A stretch of DNA of 64,000 nt from an uncultured Gemmatimonadaceae bacterium. Lineage in GTDB: Bacteria; Gemmatimonadota; Gemmatimonadetes; Gemmatimonadales; Gemmatimonadaceae. The stretch lies in assembly GCA_963843845.1 (NCBI GenBank), contig CAWJMB010000003.1, forward strand, positions 160,001 through 224,000, written 5' to 3'. How positions within the stretch are numbered: the stretch's first letter is position 1; each line of letters starts with the position of its first letter. Position numbers and translations under genes: made by a program. Below the pieces are notes generated by a model. The model had not been told where the DNA came from. It made no database searches and saw nothing but the letters and a program-made list of their open reading frames with translations. Below are positions 24,096 to 36,400 of this stretch, one piece after another.

Positions 24096-25378
24096 ATGCC
24101 AGATTATCAGAACATCTTCACGCGCGTCCAGGTCCGCACCGTGCCCGACTGGGGCGTGCCGATCGACCAGTCGCAGTGGACCCGGACGTTCCGCCCCGAT
24201 TTCAGCTACTGGCTCGGCAAGATCGGCGACTCGCAGGTGGGGCCGATCTACCTCGGACGCAGCGGCGTGCTGTCGCTCGTCTTCGGCTTCCTCGCCTTCG
24301 AGATCATCGGGCTGAACATGTGGGCGTCGGTCGGCTGGGACCCGGTCGAGTTCGTGCGACGCCTGCCGTGGCTCGCGCTCGAGCCGCCGCCCCCGGCTAC
24401 GGACTCGCCCTGCCGCCGCTGAACCAGGGCGGGTGGTGGCTCATGGCGGGCTTCTTCCTCACCGTGTCGATCCTGCTCTGGTGGGTGCGCATCTACCGGC
24501 GCGCGAAGGCGTTGGGCCTCGGGATGCACCTGCCGTGGGCGTTCGCCTCGGCGATCTTCCTCTATCTCTCGCTGGGCTTCATCCGCCCGCTCCTCATGGG
24601 GAGCTGGGGTGAGGCGGTGCCGTTCGGCATCCTGCCGCACCTCGACTGGACGGCGGCGTTCTCGATCCGCTACGGGAACCTGTTCTACAACCCGTTCCAC
24701 ATGCTGTCGATCGCCTTCCTGTACGGATCGACGCTGCTCTTCGCCATGCACGGCGCGACGATCCTCGCGACGAGCCGGCTCGGCTCCGACCGCGAGCTCG
24801 AACAGATCACCGACCGCGGCACCGGCACCGAGCGCTCGATGCTGTTCTGGCGCTGGACGATGGGGTGGAACGCGACGATGGAATCGATTCACCGCTGGTC
24901 GTGGTGGTTCGCGTTCCTCACGACCTTCACCGGGGCGATCGGCATTCTGCTCACCGGCACGGTCGTCGACAACTGGTACCTCTGGGGCGCGAAGCACGGC
25001 ATCGCGCCCGAGTACCCGGCCACGATCTCGATCTCGCCGGAGAAGGTGAACGACCTGCGTGGGATCTACATGGGCGCGCCGCCCGACACGATGCCCGGCC
25101 TCAACACGCGGTTCGTCGCGCCGACGCCGAGTCAGGCCGCGCCAGGAACGCCGTTCCCGGCCGGCGGAGTGGCTCCCGCGGGCGTGGACCTGACGAACGC
25201 GACGACGCCGCCCCCGCAGGTCAACCAGGTGCCGGCCGACACGACCGTTCGCTCGATCCAGCCGGGAAATCCGAACATCCCGCCGAACAACGTGCCTAAC
25301 CCACGGTCGGCGTCACCGCAGACGCGCCCGCCGACTCCCACGCGGCCGGCGACTCCCGCCGGAGGAGCGCGCCCGTGA
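24096..25378 (+). CDS. pufM: reaction centre M subunit with long Pro-rich C-terminal extension; frameshift in a C-run near 24395
   Basis: [20 protein letters not shown]; then [49 protein letters not shown]. Confidence 0.96.
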
Positions 25379-26484
25379 GACCGACACGCGACACTGTTCC
25401 CGGCGCCGTCGTCGCCCTCTGCGCCTTCGCGATCCTCGCACTCTCCGCGTGCGAGGGGGGGCGGAAGGAGACGATCCAGGTCGGCTACCGCGGCCTCGCG
25501 CAGGAGCTCAACTACGACAAGAGCGAGCTGACCGCGCTCGCCGCGGCCAACGTGGCCCCCGCGTCGCTCGCGCCGGCGACGCCGTCGATCCCCGGCGTCT
25601 ATCAGAACGTCCAGGTGCTCACCGGGCTCGACGCGAACGAGTTCAGTCGCACGATGCTCGCGATGACGCAGTGGGTGTCGCCGAAACAGGGGTGCGCCTA
25701 CTGCCACGTCGCGAACTTCGCGTCCGACTCGCTCTACTCGAAGCGCGTGGCGCGCCAGATGCTCGCGATGACGCGCGACATCAACGCGAACTACCGCTCG
25801 CACGTCGCGCAGACCGGCGTCACCTGCTACTCGTGCCACCGCGGGCAGCCGGTGCCCCCGGCCGGCATCTGGTACTACACCGACGAGAACCAGTATCTGC
25901 GCTACCTCGTCGACCGGCCGGACATCCGCATCCAGTCGTACACGGCCGGCGCGACGAGCGCGAACTACAGCTCGATCAAGCAGACCGAGAACGTCTACGC
26001 GATGATGACCGTGATGTCGCGGGCGATGGGCGTGAACTGCACCTACTGTCACAACAGCCGCTCCTGGGCGACGTGGCAGAACGCGCCGCCGACGCGCATC
26101 ACCGCACTCTACGGCGCACGCATGACGCGCTACCTCAACACCAACTACCTCGCGCCGCTGCGAGAGATCTTCCCGAACTACCGCCTCGGCTCGCACGGCG
26201 ACGTTCCGAAGTTGCAGTGCATCACCTGCCACCAGGGCGTCTACAAACCGCTCTTCGGCGCGCAGATGGCGAAGGACTACCCGGCGCTCTGGGGCTTCGC
26301 TGGATCGTGGACGGATGCGCAACCGGGAGACACGGCGCGCGCGGGGTACGTCGATCTGCGCAACGCGGACTCGATCTCCGCGGACGGTGCGCCGCTCCTG
26401 CCGCCGGTGATTCCGCGGTCGTACCCGGCGCCGAAGCCGGCGCCCGGTGTCACCAGCCCGATGAGCACGGCCGGCCAGCCGTGA
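25375..26484 (+). CDS. pufC: RC-bound tetraheme cytochrome c subunit
   Basis: Lipobox-like LSAC, QVGYRG, four CxxCH motifs (CAYCH, CYSCH, CTYCH, CITCH). Confidence 0.96.
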   Translation: MRPTRDTVPGAVVALCAFAILALSACEGGRKETIQVGYRGLAQELNYDKSELTALAAANVAPASLAPATPSIPGVYQNVQVLTGLDANEFSRTMLAMTQWVSPKQGCAYCHVANFASDSLYSKRVARQMLAMTRDINANYRSHVAQTGVTCYSCHRGQPVPPAGIWYYTDENQYLRYLVDRPDIRIQSYTAGATSANYSSIKQTENVYAMMTVMSRAMGVNCTYCHNSRSWATWQNAPPTRITALYGARMTRYLNTNYLAPLREIFPNYRLGSHGDVPKLQCITCHQGVYKPLFGAQMAKDYPALWGFAGSWTDAQPGDTARAGYVDLRNADSISADGAPLLPPVIPRSYPAPKPAPGVTSPMSTAGQP

Positions 26485-26498
26485 GTCGACACGAGGGA

Positions 26499-26540
26499 AC
26501 GAGCCCGGGAGCGCCCATCGCGAGGCGCGCCCGGGCTCGT
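26499..26540 (+). terminator. hairpin downstream of pufC
   Basis: ACGAGCCCGGG...CCCGGGCTCGT inverted repeat. Confidence 0.55.
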
Positions 26541-26593
26541 CGTTCGTGCGCGAGGTCGCGTCGCGCTCGTGTCGGCGTCGCGACGCCGACACG

Positions 26594-26863
26594 ATGAGCC
26601 TCGATCCGGTCGTCGTGCTGCACGCGGCGCTCGTCGTGCTCGCGCTCGAGGTCGCGGTGCTCGCGTGGCGGGCGCGCGACGCGCGACTGCGCGTGACGCT
26701 GCTCTCGTTCCTCGGCGCGGGTGCCTCGCTGCTGCTCGCGGCGATCGTGGCGCTCGTGTACGGGCCGACGGCATGGTTCTACGCACTGCTCACGTTCGGT
26801 GGCGTGACGCAGGCGTGGCACCTCCGCCGACTCTGGAGCCTCGGCGCCTCCCCCTGGTCGTAG
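26594..26863 (+). CDS. small membrane protein resembling the conserved PGC hypothetical found near puhC/acsF
   Basis: 89-aa hydrophobic ORF (LALEVAVL...GASLLLA...HLRRLW); resemblance is from recall. Confidence 0.6.
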   Translation: MSLDPVVVLHAALVVLALEVAVLAWRARDARLRVTLLSFLGAGASLLLAAIVALVYGPTAWFYALLTFGGVTQAWHLRRLWSLGASPWS

Positions 26864-26893
26864 CGACCGACGCCGCGCGGGCAGCGCCGGTCG

Positions 26894-27349
26894 TCAGCGC
26901 GAGCCGAGGAGCTCCGCGAACGCCGCCGCGTTCGTCCCGCCGAACGCCGACAGCTCGACATGCTGCCCCGTGAGCGAGTCGTCGAGCGTGATCCGGCCGT
27001 CGCTCCACCGGGCGAGTGTCATCGGTTGCTCGGCGGTGAGTCCGCGCATACGGCGCCCACGGGCGACGGCGCGCAACGTGCCGCGGATGAAACCGCTCGT
27101 GCCCGGCGCGAGCACCTCGACGACGGCGCCGCGCGCGTCGAGCACGCGAACGCTGCCGTCGGTCTGATCCTCGAAGCGGAGCGCGCGCGCCAGCACGACC
27201 GACGTCCCGGGCAGCACCGCCGTGCCTCCGGAGCGCGTCGCCCGCGCGACGGCGGCGATGGCGATCGTGAGCACGGCGATCCCTGCGGTCGCGACGCGAA
27301 GTCCGAGCGGCAGCGTCCGATCGGACGACCGCCGCCGCGGGGCATACAT
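26894..27349 (-). CDS. puhC: photosynthetic complex assembly protein PuhC
   Basis: LRFEDQTDGSV, GFIRGTLR, DGRITLDD, ELSAFGGTNAAAF. Confidence 0.9.
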   Translation of the reverse strand: MYAPRRRSSDRTLPLGLRVATAGIAVLTIAIAAVARATRSGGTAVLPGTSVVLARALRFEDQTDGSVRVLDARGAVVEVLAPGTSGFIRGTLRAVARGRRMRGLTAEQPMTLARWSDGRITLDDSLTGQHVELSAFGGTNAAAFAELLGSR

Positions 27350-27351
27350 CG

Positions 27352-28140
27352 TCACGCGGCCGTGCGCTCCACCGACGCGTGTGCCGCCGGTGCGGACTCC
27401 GCCGGTGCGGACTCCTCGGCTGTCGCGCACTCGGTCGGCGCGGACTCCGGTGCGCGGGTCGCCGCGCCGGCGACGAGTGCCGCGACGGTCGACGCATCCC
27501 GTACGCAGCGAAACGCCGGGCGCGGGCGGCTGAAGAAGAATGGGCGCGCGTGCGGCCAGAGCAGGATGTACGCGATCCGGTCGGTGCCGCCCAACGTGAA
27601 CGTGATGTCCGCGACGTCGCCGCGCCGGCGGATGTCGGCCGACTCGACGGTGTCGAGCGGGATGTTGAAGTACGTCGGCAGCGCGACGCCGACGCGCATC
27701 GCGACGCGCCGCGTCGTCAGGGCGTAGACGGTCGAGCGCGCGATGAGCCGGGCGAGCACACGAAGGAAGAGCACCGTCATGACGCCCAACGGAACGACCC
27801 ACGCCGACGCGCGCAGCGCCGCCTCGCCGTGCCGCCCCGCCGGCGCGGACACCGCCGGCACGATCACGAGCAGCGAGAAGTAGATCGCGATCGCCCGCGC
27901 GTGCAGCACGTGCCGCGCGACCCCGCGCTCGTCGGGCGCGCCGACCCAGAGCACCCGCTCGCCGAGCGGCAGGCGCGAGGCGAAGCCGGGGATCTGCTCG
28001 CCCCCGGCCTCCGACGACTCGACGGCCGCCGACGTGTCCGGCCCACCCTCTCGCCGACGGTCGTGCGCCGGGGAGTACGGTGCGAACGTGACGTCGGCCT
28101 CGTCCGCGCGGTCCGCCGGCGGGCGCAGCATCGTGCTCAT
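27352..28140 (-). CDS. puhB: photosynthetic complex assembly protein PuhB
   Basis: LPLGERVLWVGAP, YALTTRRVAMRVGVALP, LWPHARPF, PAFRC. Confidence 0.9.
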   Translation of the reverse strand: MSTMLRPPADRADEADVTFAPYSPAHDRRREGGPDTSAAVESSEAGGEQIPGFASRLPLGERVLWVGAPDERGVARHVLHARAIAIYFSLLVIVPAVSAPAGRHGEAALRASAWVVPLGVMTVLFLRVLARLIARSTVYALTTRRVAMRVGVALPTYFNIPLDTVESADIRRRGDVADITFTLGGTDRIAYILLWPHARPFFFSRPRPAFRCVRDASTVAALVAGAATRAPESAPTECATAEESAPAESAPAAHASVERTAA

Positions 28141-28607
28141 ACGAGCGGCTCGCTGCGCGAGGGCGTCGCGTACAGATACCCGCCGGCGAAGTACGCCATG
28201 ATCCGATCCTCTTCGAGGAGCGTGATCCGATCGGGGCTGGCGGTCGCCGGCACGTCCGCGAACTGCGACGCCAGCACCGCCTTCACGGTGATCGTTCCCG
28301 TGCGCGCGTGCACCTTCGCGAACGGCACCGGCAGCAGCACGCTCCGCCCGTTCACGTCGATCTCGAAGAAGCGCAGCTGCGGCTCCGCGCGGTCGACCCA
28401 CACGTCGCTCACGACCCCCGCGCTCATGCCGTCGGCGCCGAGCACCGTCATGCCACGCGGATCGGGATCGCGCGGGGCGATGAAATAGTCGGTCGCGACG
28501 CGCATGGGGACGATGCGCGGCGTGCCGTGGTACGTGAGGTCGGGCACGTCGGCGCGGTTGGCGTATGCCGCGGGGCCCATGTTGCTGAGGAGGTGCGACG
28601 TGCTCAT
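28137..28607 (-). CDS. puhA: RC H subunit, cytoplasmic PRC-barrel part (H2/Hc)
   Basis: [53 protein letters not shown]. Confidence 0.9.
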   Translation of the reverse strand: MSTSHLLSNMGPAAYANRADVPDLTYHGTPRIVPMRVATDYFIAPRDPDPRGMTVLGADGMSAGVVSDVWVDRAEPQLRFFEIDVNGRSVLLPVPFAKVHARTGTITVKAVLASQFADVPATASPDRITLLEEDRIMAYFAGGYLYATPSRSEPLV

Positions 28608-28819
28608 GCGCGGTGGTCCTCGGCGGCAGGACGGTGAATGAACTGCTTCGGCTCGGGCGGCATCGGGAACCCGTTCGCGACGCGGTTCGGGTCGTCGGTC
28701 AGGAGCGGATAGCCCTCGCGCTTGTCCTCGCGGCGCAGGTAGTAGACGAGGCCGAAGAAGAACAGCCAGAACGCGTAGAGCGCGAGCTGCGCAAGGTCGA
28801 AGTAGCCGAGCGAGTACAT
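28604..28819 (-). CDS. puhA: RC H subunit, N-terminal transmembrane part (H1/Ht)
   Basis: [34 protein letters not shown]; its stop overlaps the ATG of the second part (ATGA). Confidence 0.9.
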   Translation of the reverse strand: MYSLGYFDLAQLALYAFWLFFFGLVYYLRREDKREGYPLLTDDPNRVANGFPMPPEPKQFIHRPAAEDHRA

Positions 28820-28931
28820 GTGGTGAACTCCTGTCCCTCGGGTGACGATCAGACGGCCGAACGACGGCGGTGCGGGGTGCGGCGGGGTGCGGCGGGGTGC
28901 GGCGGGTAGTGTGGCGGCGAGACGTTTCGGA

Positions 28932-30364
28932 CTAGCCCGGCAACTCGGCGAGTCCGAACCGCCGCTCGGTTCCACGCGCCGCGCGAGCGGGGAGCGCGAG
29001 CGGTCCGAGCGCGACGAGGGTGGCGAACAGCAGCACGATTTCGACGTGATAGACGATGCTGTACGGCACCGACGGTGCGTTCAGCGCGGCGCCCAACGCG
29101 CCGGAGCTGGTGACGCGCGCGGCGACGTCGCGTACCAGCGCGCCGACCAGCAGCGCGGCACCCCCGCACGTCGCCTGCACGGCGCCCCACGCGCCCAACG
29201 CACGCCGCTCGTCAGCGAGCGTTGCAGATCCATGACTCGCACGAGCGTGCTCACCGCGACCAGTCCGCCGCCGAGGCCGATGCCGACCGCGCCGACGCGA
29301 AAGAGCGGCGCGGAGGCGAGTGGCGCCGCGAAGATCACGGCGGCGAACGCCCCGATGCCGATCACGACGCCGGCGCCGGCGAGCCGGATCGGGTCGGCAC
29401 CGCGCTCGAGCCGGCGCGCGGCCACCGCGAACGCGGCGATCGACCCGGCCGCCGTGAGCGCCGTGAGCGCCGACGTCGCGCCGACCCCGAGGTGAAGCAC
29501 CTGGCCGCCGTACGGCTCGAGCAGAATGTCCTGCATCCCGAACGCCGCGGCGCCGAGCCCGACGCCGACGAGCAGGCGCACGGCGCCGGGAATCTCCGAC
29601 AGCGTGCGAAGCGCCGCGCGGATGTCGAGCGGTCGCTCGCCAGTGTCGGACGGTTCGCGGCGCCGCCGCGGTTCCTGCTTCCACAGCGCCAGTAAGTTGA
29701 GCGCCATGGTGACGGCGGCGGCGCCCTGCACGACCTGGATGAGACGGATCTGGCTGAACGGGGTGAGCAGTCTCCCCAGCAGCGACGCGCTGACGACGAG
29801 CCCGGCGAGCTGCTGAAGGTGCAGCAGCGCGATCGCTCGTGGCCGGGCGTGTGCCGGCGCGAGGTCGGTCGCGAGCGCGAGCCCCGCCGTCTGCGTCGTG
29901 TGCACGCCGATGCCGACGAGCGTGAACGCGAGCGCCGCCCCGATCAGCGCCGCGGCGCGCGACCCGTTCGTGTCGCCGGAGAGCAGGATGAGCGCGAACG
30001 GGAGGATCGCGAGCCCGCCGAATTGCAACAGCGTCCCGAACCAGAGATACGGCACGCGCCGCCACCCCAACACCGAGCGGTGCGCGTCCGACCGCACACC
30101 GACGAGCGCGCGCAGCGGCGCGACGAGCACCGGCAGCGCGACCATCGCCGCGATGAGCGACGACGAGATGTGCAGCTCGACGATCATCACGCGGTTGAGC
30201 GTGCCGTTCAGCAGCGCGATCGCGAGGCCGACCGAGACCTGGAACAGGCCGAGCCGCAGCAGCCGGAGCAGCGGCAGCTCGGCCGTGGCCGCGTCCGCGA
30301 ACGGTAGCCACCGCGTGCTGACCTGCATCCACCCCCGGACGAGACGACTCGGCGCGGCGCTCAT
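28932..30364 (-). CDS. lhaA: LhaA/PucC-family LH1 assembly MFS protein; frameshift near 29210
   Basis: [56 protein letters not shown] and YHVEI in the second frame. Confidence 0.92.
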
Positions 30365-30368
30365 GCGA

Positions 30369-31455
30369 TCACCACACCGGCGCCAGGCGCATGTCGGCGG
30401 GGAGCACGTTCTTCCGCACGCGCATGACGTACGCGCGGCCTAACGTCATCGCGACGTCGGTCACGAGCAGCGCGCGCTGCACGCGCCCGACGAGACCGCC
30501 GCGCCGCTTCGCGAGCTCGATCCGCTCCGCGTTCTTCGACACGCGGTCGAGCAGCGCCCAGAACTTCGGGTTCTCGACGTCCAGGCTGACGGGGAAGACC
30601 TGCTGGCTGATGAGACTCGTCAGCTTGATGACGCGGCGGTCGTAGTCGTCGACGTCGAAGCCCATCGCCTCGAAGAACTCGTGCCGCTGGTGGTCGCGCA
30701 CGTACATCGTCGCGAACACGGCGAGCAGGAAGAAGCGGATCCACAGCTTGTTGCGCCCCTCGAGCAGCTCGGGGTTCGCGCGCATGAGCATCGCGAACGC
30801 CTCGCCGTGGCGGAACTCGTCGTGGCACCACTTCTCGAACCACTTGAAGATCGGGTGGAAGCGCGTGCTCCGGCTGCTCGTCCATCCGCCGGAAGATCGT
30901 GATGTAGCGCGCGTAGCCGATCTTCTCCGACAGGTACGTCGCGTAGTAGATGAATTTCGGCTGGAAGAACGTGTACTTCTTCGCCTTCGTGAGGAACGAG
31001 AGGTCCACCGCGACGTCGAAGTCGGCGAGCGTGCGGTTGATGAAGCCGGCGTGGCGTCCCTCGTCGCGGCTCATGAGCCCGAAGAGCTCGCGCACGTCGG
31101 GGTTCTTCACGCGCTTCTTGATCTCCGCGTAGAGGATGCACCCCGAGAACTCGGCCGTGACGGAGCTGACGAGGAAGTCGATGAACTGGCGGCGCAGTGC
31201 CGGCGGCATCGCGGAGAAGTCCGCCTCGAACTCCTCGGTGCGTTTGAAGTGATCCTTGTTCGGATCGCGTCGGAACTCGGCGACGAGCGCGTCCCACATC
31301 TCGCGCACCGGTTCGACGTTCAGCGCGTCGAGTTTCCCGTAATCGGTCGTGTAGAATCGCGGCGCGAGGACGGCGTCCTCGTGCGCCTGGCGGGTCGACT
31401 CGCTCGGCGCGGCCGGGGCGAACGCGGCGTAAGTAGGCATCGCACTCGTGGTCAT
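30369..31455 (-). CDS. acsF: O2-dependent Mg-protoporphyrin IX monomethyl ester cyclase; frameshift near 30865
   Basis: [56 protein letters not shown] diiron motifs. Confidence 0.95.
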
Positions 31456-31467
31456 CGGGTCTGCGCG

Positions 31468-31809
31468 TCAGCCTTCGAAGCCGACTTCATAGAGCTCGTG
31501 AATCGCCGTGCCGCCGGTGAGGCGCACGAACTGCCGCTTGAGCCAGCTCGCCGGCCACACCGTCGCCGTGGCCGTCATCGTCGTCTGCGTGCCGTGCGGG
31601 ATGCGCGTCGGCGCTCCGTGCACGAGCACCGTGTCGCCGGGCTCGATCAGCGTCGTGTCGGGGAGCTGCACGTGGGCGTGAAAGTGGGCCTGCGTCGCCT
31701 CGAGGTCGAGGGTGCAGGGAACCTCGTGTGGCGTCGAGTGCGCGTACCACGCGGCGAGCGCGAGCCACGCGACGACGAGCGCGACGACCACGAGTAGTGC
31801 GGTGAGCAC
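31468..31809 (-). CDS. BciE-like cyclase accessory protein with N-terminal TM helix
   Basis: EVPCT..., FHAHV, PGDTVLVHGAP, ATATV..ASWL.R....LTG...ELYE resemble alphaproteobacterial BciE (from recall); directly upstream of acsF. Confidence 0.7.
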   Translation of the reverse strand: MLTALLVVVALVVAWLALAAWYAHSTPHEVPCTLDLEATQAHFHAHVQLPDTTLIEPGDTVLVHGAPTRIPHGTQTTMTATATVWPASWLKRQFVRLTGGTAIHELYEVGFEG

Positions 31810-31821
31810 GAGTCGATTCTC

Positions 31822-32575
31822 CTAGTGCGACGGGGGCGCGAGGTCGGCCGGCGACAGCAGCTCCATCGCCTGCGACGTGTAGAACCCGGTGCCGACGCGG
31901 CGCGTGCGCCCCACCGTCCACCGGCCTAACGAGTCTGCACCGGAGATTCCGCGGCGCAAGGTGAGCTCGTCCACTGGCTCGATCGCCGGCGCGCGGTCCC
32001 CGTGCGCCCCGGAACGAGGCGCCCGACGGCGTGCATCGCGGCGAGCATCGGCGTGCGCGGCGCGAACGTCGTGACGATCGACTCGCGCGTGCGCGGCGCC
32101 AGGGCGCCCAACGCCGCGACGACGTCGGCCGCCGGGTAGTGCAGCAGCGAGTCCATCGCGAGCACGTGGTCGAACGTGCCGAACGTCGCGTCGAGCATGT
32201 CGCCGGCGACGTACTCGATGCGCGACGCGACGGCCGACGGCGTGCGCTCCGCGGCGACGGCGAGTAGCGACGGCGCGACGTCGACGGCGACGACGTACGC
32301 GCCGCGCTGCGCGAGCGCCACCGCGACCGCGCCGGTGCCGCACCCCGCGTCGAGCACTCGGCGCCCCGCGAGGTCGCGCGGCAGCCACCCGAGCAGCGTG
32401 TCGCGCATGAGGTCGCGGCCGGCGCGCACCGAACGCCGCACGCGGCCTAACGACGCCGTCTCCGTCGTGAGCGCGGCCCACTGCGCCGACGCCGTGCGGT
32501 CGAAGTACGACGCGACCCACGCCTTGCGCGCGTCGTACGTCGTCGAGTCGGTGAGCGCCGCCTGCGTCGGCTGCA

Positions 32576-32576
<1 letters not shown>
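31822..32576 (-). CDS. bchM: Mg-protoporphyrin IX methyltransferase; frameshift near 32020
   Basis: YFDRTA..W..LT, VRAGRD.MR, LDAGCGTG, MDSLLHY, FAPRTP; GFYTSQAMEL in the second frame. Confidence 0.93.
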
Positions 32577-33478
<902 letters not shown>

Positions 33479-33482
<4 letters not shown>

Positions 33483-36400
33483 GCAGTCACTCCAATGCCT
33501 TCGAGTCGGTCGTCCAGTTCTGCGCTCGCATCCCGCAGCGCGTCGAGCATCTCGTCACTCGGCGCCCAGAAGCCGCGGTCCGCGGCCTCGAGCAACCTCG
33601 CGCCCATCTTCGCCGCCGCGTGCGGGTTCAGCGCGGCGAGCCGTTCCCGCATCGCCTCGTCGAGCACGTACGTCGCCGCGATGTCGCGATACACCCACCC
33701 CGGCACGCTTCCCGTCGTCGCCGACCACCCCATCGTCGTCGTCACGCGCTCGGCGACGAGCCGCGCTCCCTCGTAGCCGTGCTTCAGCATGGCCTCGTGC
33801 CACTTCGGGTTCAGCATCCGCGTCCGCGTCTCGAGCGCCACCTGCTCGGCCATGGTGCGAACCGGAATCTTCGCGGCGCCGCGGTCGGCGACGTACGTCG
33901 GAACGCTCGCGCCACCGCGGGCGGCGGAGACGGCCGCCGTGAGGCCGCCTAACGAATCGACGTACTGGTCGAGATCGGTCGCGCTCGTCTCGACGCCGTC
34001 GAGCGCCTGGTAGGTGAGCGACGCGTCGGCGAGCAGGGCGGTGAACAGCGCGGGCGCGAGACCGGCACGGCGCCGCGGCGGTCGTACGCGAACGCCTTCC
34101 GGCGCGCGAACGCCCGCGCCAGCTCCTCGGGATCGGTCCACGTGCCGCCGTCGACCAGCTGATTCACGTTCGCGCCGTACGTGCCCTCGGCGTTGCCGAA
34201 GACGCGCAGCGCCGCCTCGTCGATCGAGATGTCGTTCGCGCTCGCGGCGGCGAGCGTGTGCGCGCGCACGGGGTTCAGCGCTTCGGGCTCGTCGGCCGTC
34301 GCGGCGAGCGACGCGGCCTCGGCGAGGAGGCGCGTCTGGAGCGGGAACAGGTCGCGGAAGATGCCGGAGAGCGTGACCACGACGTCGATGCGCGGCCGGC
34401 GCAGCTCTTCGAGCGGAAGCAGCCGCGCGCCGCAGACGCGGCCTAACGCGTCCGTCCGCGGCGCGGCGCCCAGCAGCGCGAGCACGAGCCCGACCGACGC
34501 GCCCTCGGACTTGATCGTCTCCGTGCCCCAGAGCACGACGGCGACCGTCTCCGGCAGCGTGCCGGCGTCGCGTGTGTGCCGCGCGAGCAGCGCGTCGGCC
34601 TGCGCGGCGCCCTCGCGCATCGCGGTCGCGCTCGGGATGCGGTACGGATCGAACGCATACACGTTGCGACCCGTGGGGAGCACGGCGGGCGTCCGCAGCA
34701 CGTCGCCCCCTGGGGCAGGCGGTACGAAGCGGCCGTCGAGCGCGCGAACGATCGCCGGCAGTTCGTGATCCTGCGCGAGCAAGCCGTCGATCGCGCCCAG
34801 CCGGTCGAGCCACGCGTGCGACGCGGCCGAGCCGCGGGCGCCTAACGCACGCGACGCCGGGCCGACGTCGCGGGTCTCGACGAGCGCCGTCACCGCCGAC
34901 CGCGCCGCCTCCTCGTCGCCGCCCAGCGACTCGACGAGCGGCGCGATCGGGTCGTCCGCCGGCGTCGCGCCGGGCAGCTCGGCGCGGGCCATCGCGAGCA
35001 GCGTCTCGATCCGTTCGGCCGGGACGGGCGGCGCGCCGACGACGTGCAGCCCGGACGGGATGAGTGTCTGCTCCAGCTCGCGGAGCGCGCCGTCGAGCCG
35101 AGCGACTTGCCGCCGCGCGTCGCCGGTCCACGCCGGTTCCGCATCCGTCAGCTCCAACGCCGCCGCCTGCGCCTGCACGACCTGGACGAGCGACGCATCG
35201 AGCCGCTCGGCCGAGCGCAGTCGGTCGAGCGACGAGCGCAGCTCGCTCAGGCCGCGGTACAGGCCGGCGTGCGTGATCGAGGGCGTGAGGTACGAGATCA
35301 GCGTCGCCGCCGCGCGCCGCTTCGCGAGTGCGCCTTCCGACGGGTTGTTGCAGGCGTAGAGATAGAAGTTCGGCAGGTCGCCCAACAGCCGCTCCGGCCA
35401 GCAGTCTCCCGTGAGGCCGGTCTGCTTCCCGGGCATGAACTCGAGCGCGCCGTGCGTGCCGAAGTGCAGCACCGCGTTCGCGTCGAAGTCCTCGCGCAGC
35501 CAGCGGTAGAACGCCGAGAACGCGTGCGTCGGCGCGAAGCCGCGCTCGAAGAGCAGCCGCATCGGGTCGCCCTCGTAGCCGAACGCCGGCTGCACTCCGA
35601 TGAACACGTTGCCGAGTCGCGCGCCGAGCACGAACAGCGAGCGGCCGTCGGTGAGATGCTGGCCGGGGGCGGCGCCCCAGGCGCGCTCGATCTCCTCGAG
35701 GTGCGGCTCGTCGCGCACGTGCTCGTCGGCGGGGATGCGCGCGTGGATGTGGGCCGGCGCGCCGTCGTCGGCGTCGAGGAGCAGGGCACGCAGCGCGTCG
35801 ACCGACTCCGGCACGTCGACCGTGTAGCCGGCGGCCCGCATCGCGTGCAGCGTGTTGTGCAGCGACGTGAACACGTCGAGGTAGGCGGCCGTGCCGACGC
35901 TCCCGGCGTTCGGCGGGAAGTTGAACAGCACGACCGCGACGCGGCGATCGGCACGCGGCGTGTGGCGAAGCCGCGCGAGCTTGGCGACGCGATCCGCGAG
36001 CCGCTCCACGCGCTCGGCGACCGGCTGCGCCGCGCCGTGCGTCTCGACCCCGTCGCGGTCGCCGGCACCGCCGAACACGTGCGGCGCGATCGCACCGTCG
36101 AGCTCGGGGAGCGCGACCTGCAACGTCGCCTGCAGCGCGTTCAGCCCGCGCGGGTCGGCCTTCCAGTCCTCGATCCCTTGCAGCTCGAGCGTCTGCAGCG
36201 CGAAGTACGGCACGTCGAGCGTGCCCAGCACGGCGTGCGCCGCGGTCGCGTCGTTGTACGCCGGCCCGCCGACGAGCGAGAAGCCGGTGAGCGACACGAC
36301 CGCGTCGAGCTGACCGGCCTCCGCGAGCGGCGTGAAGTACCGCTCGATCGCCGGCCGCCCGTCGAGCCCCGCGGAGAAGGCCGCGACGACACGGAGGCCA

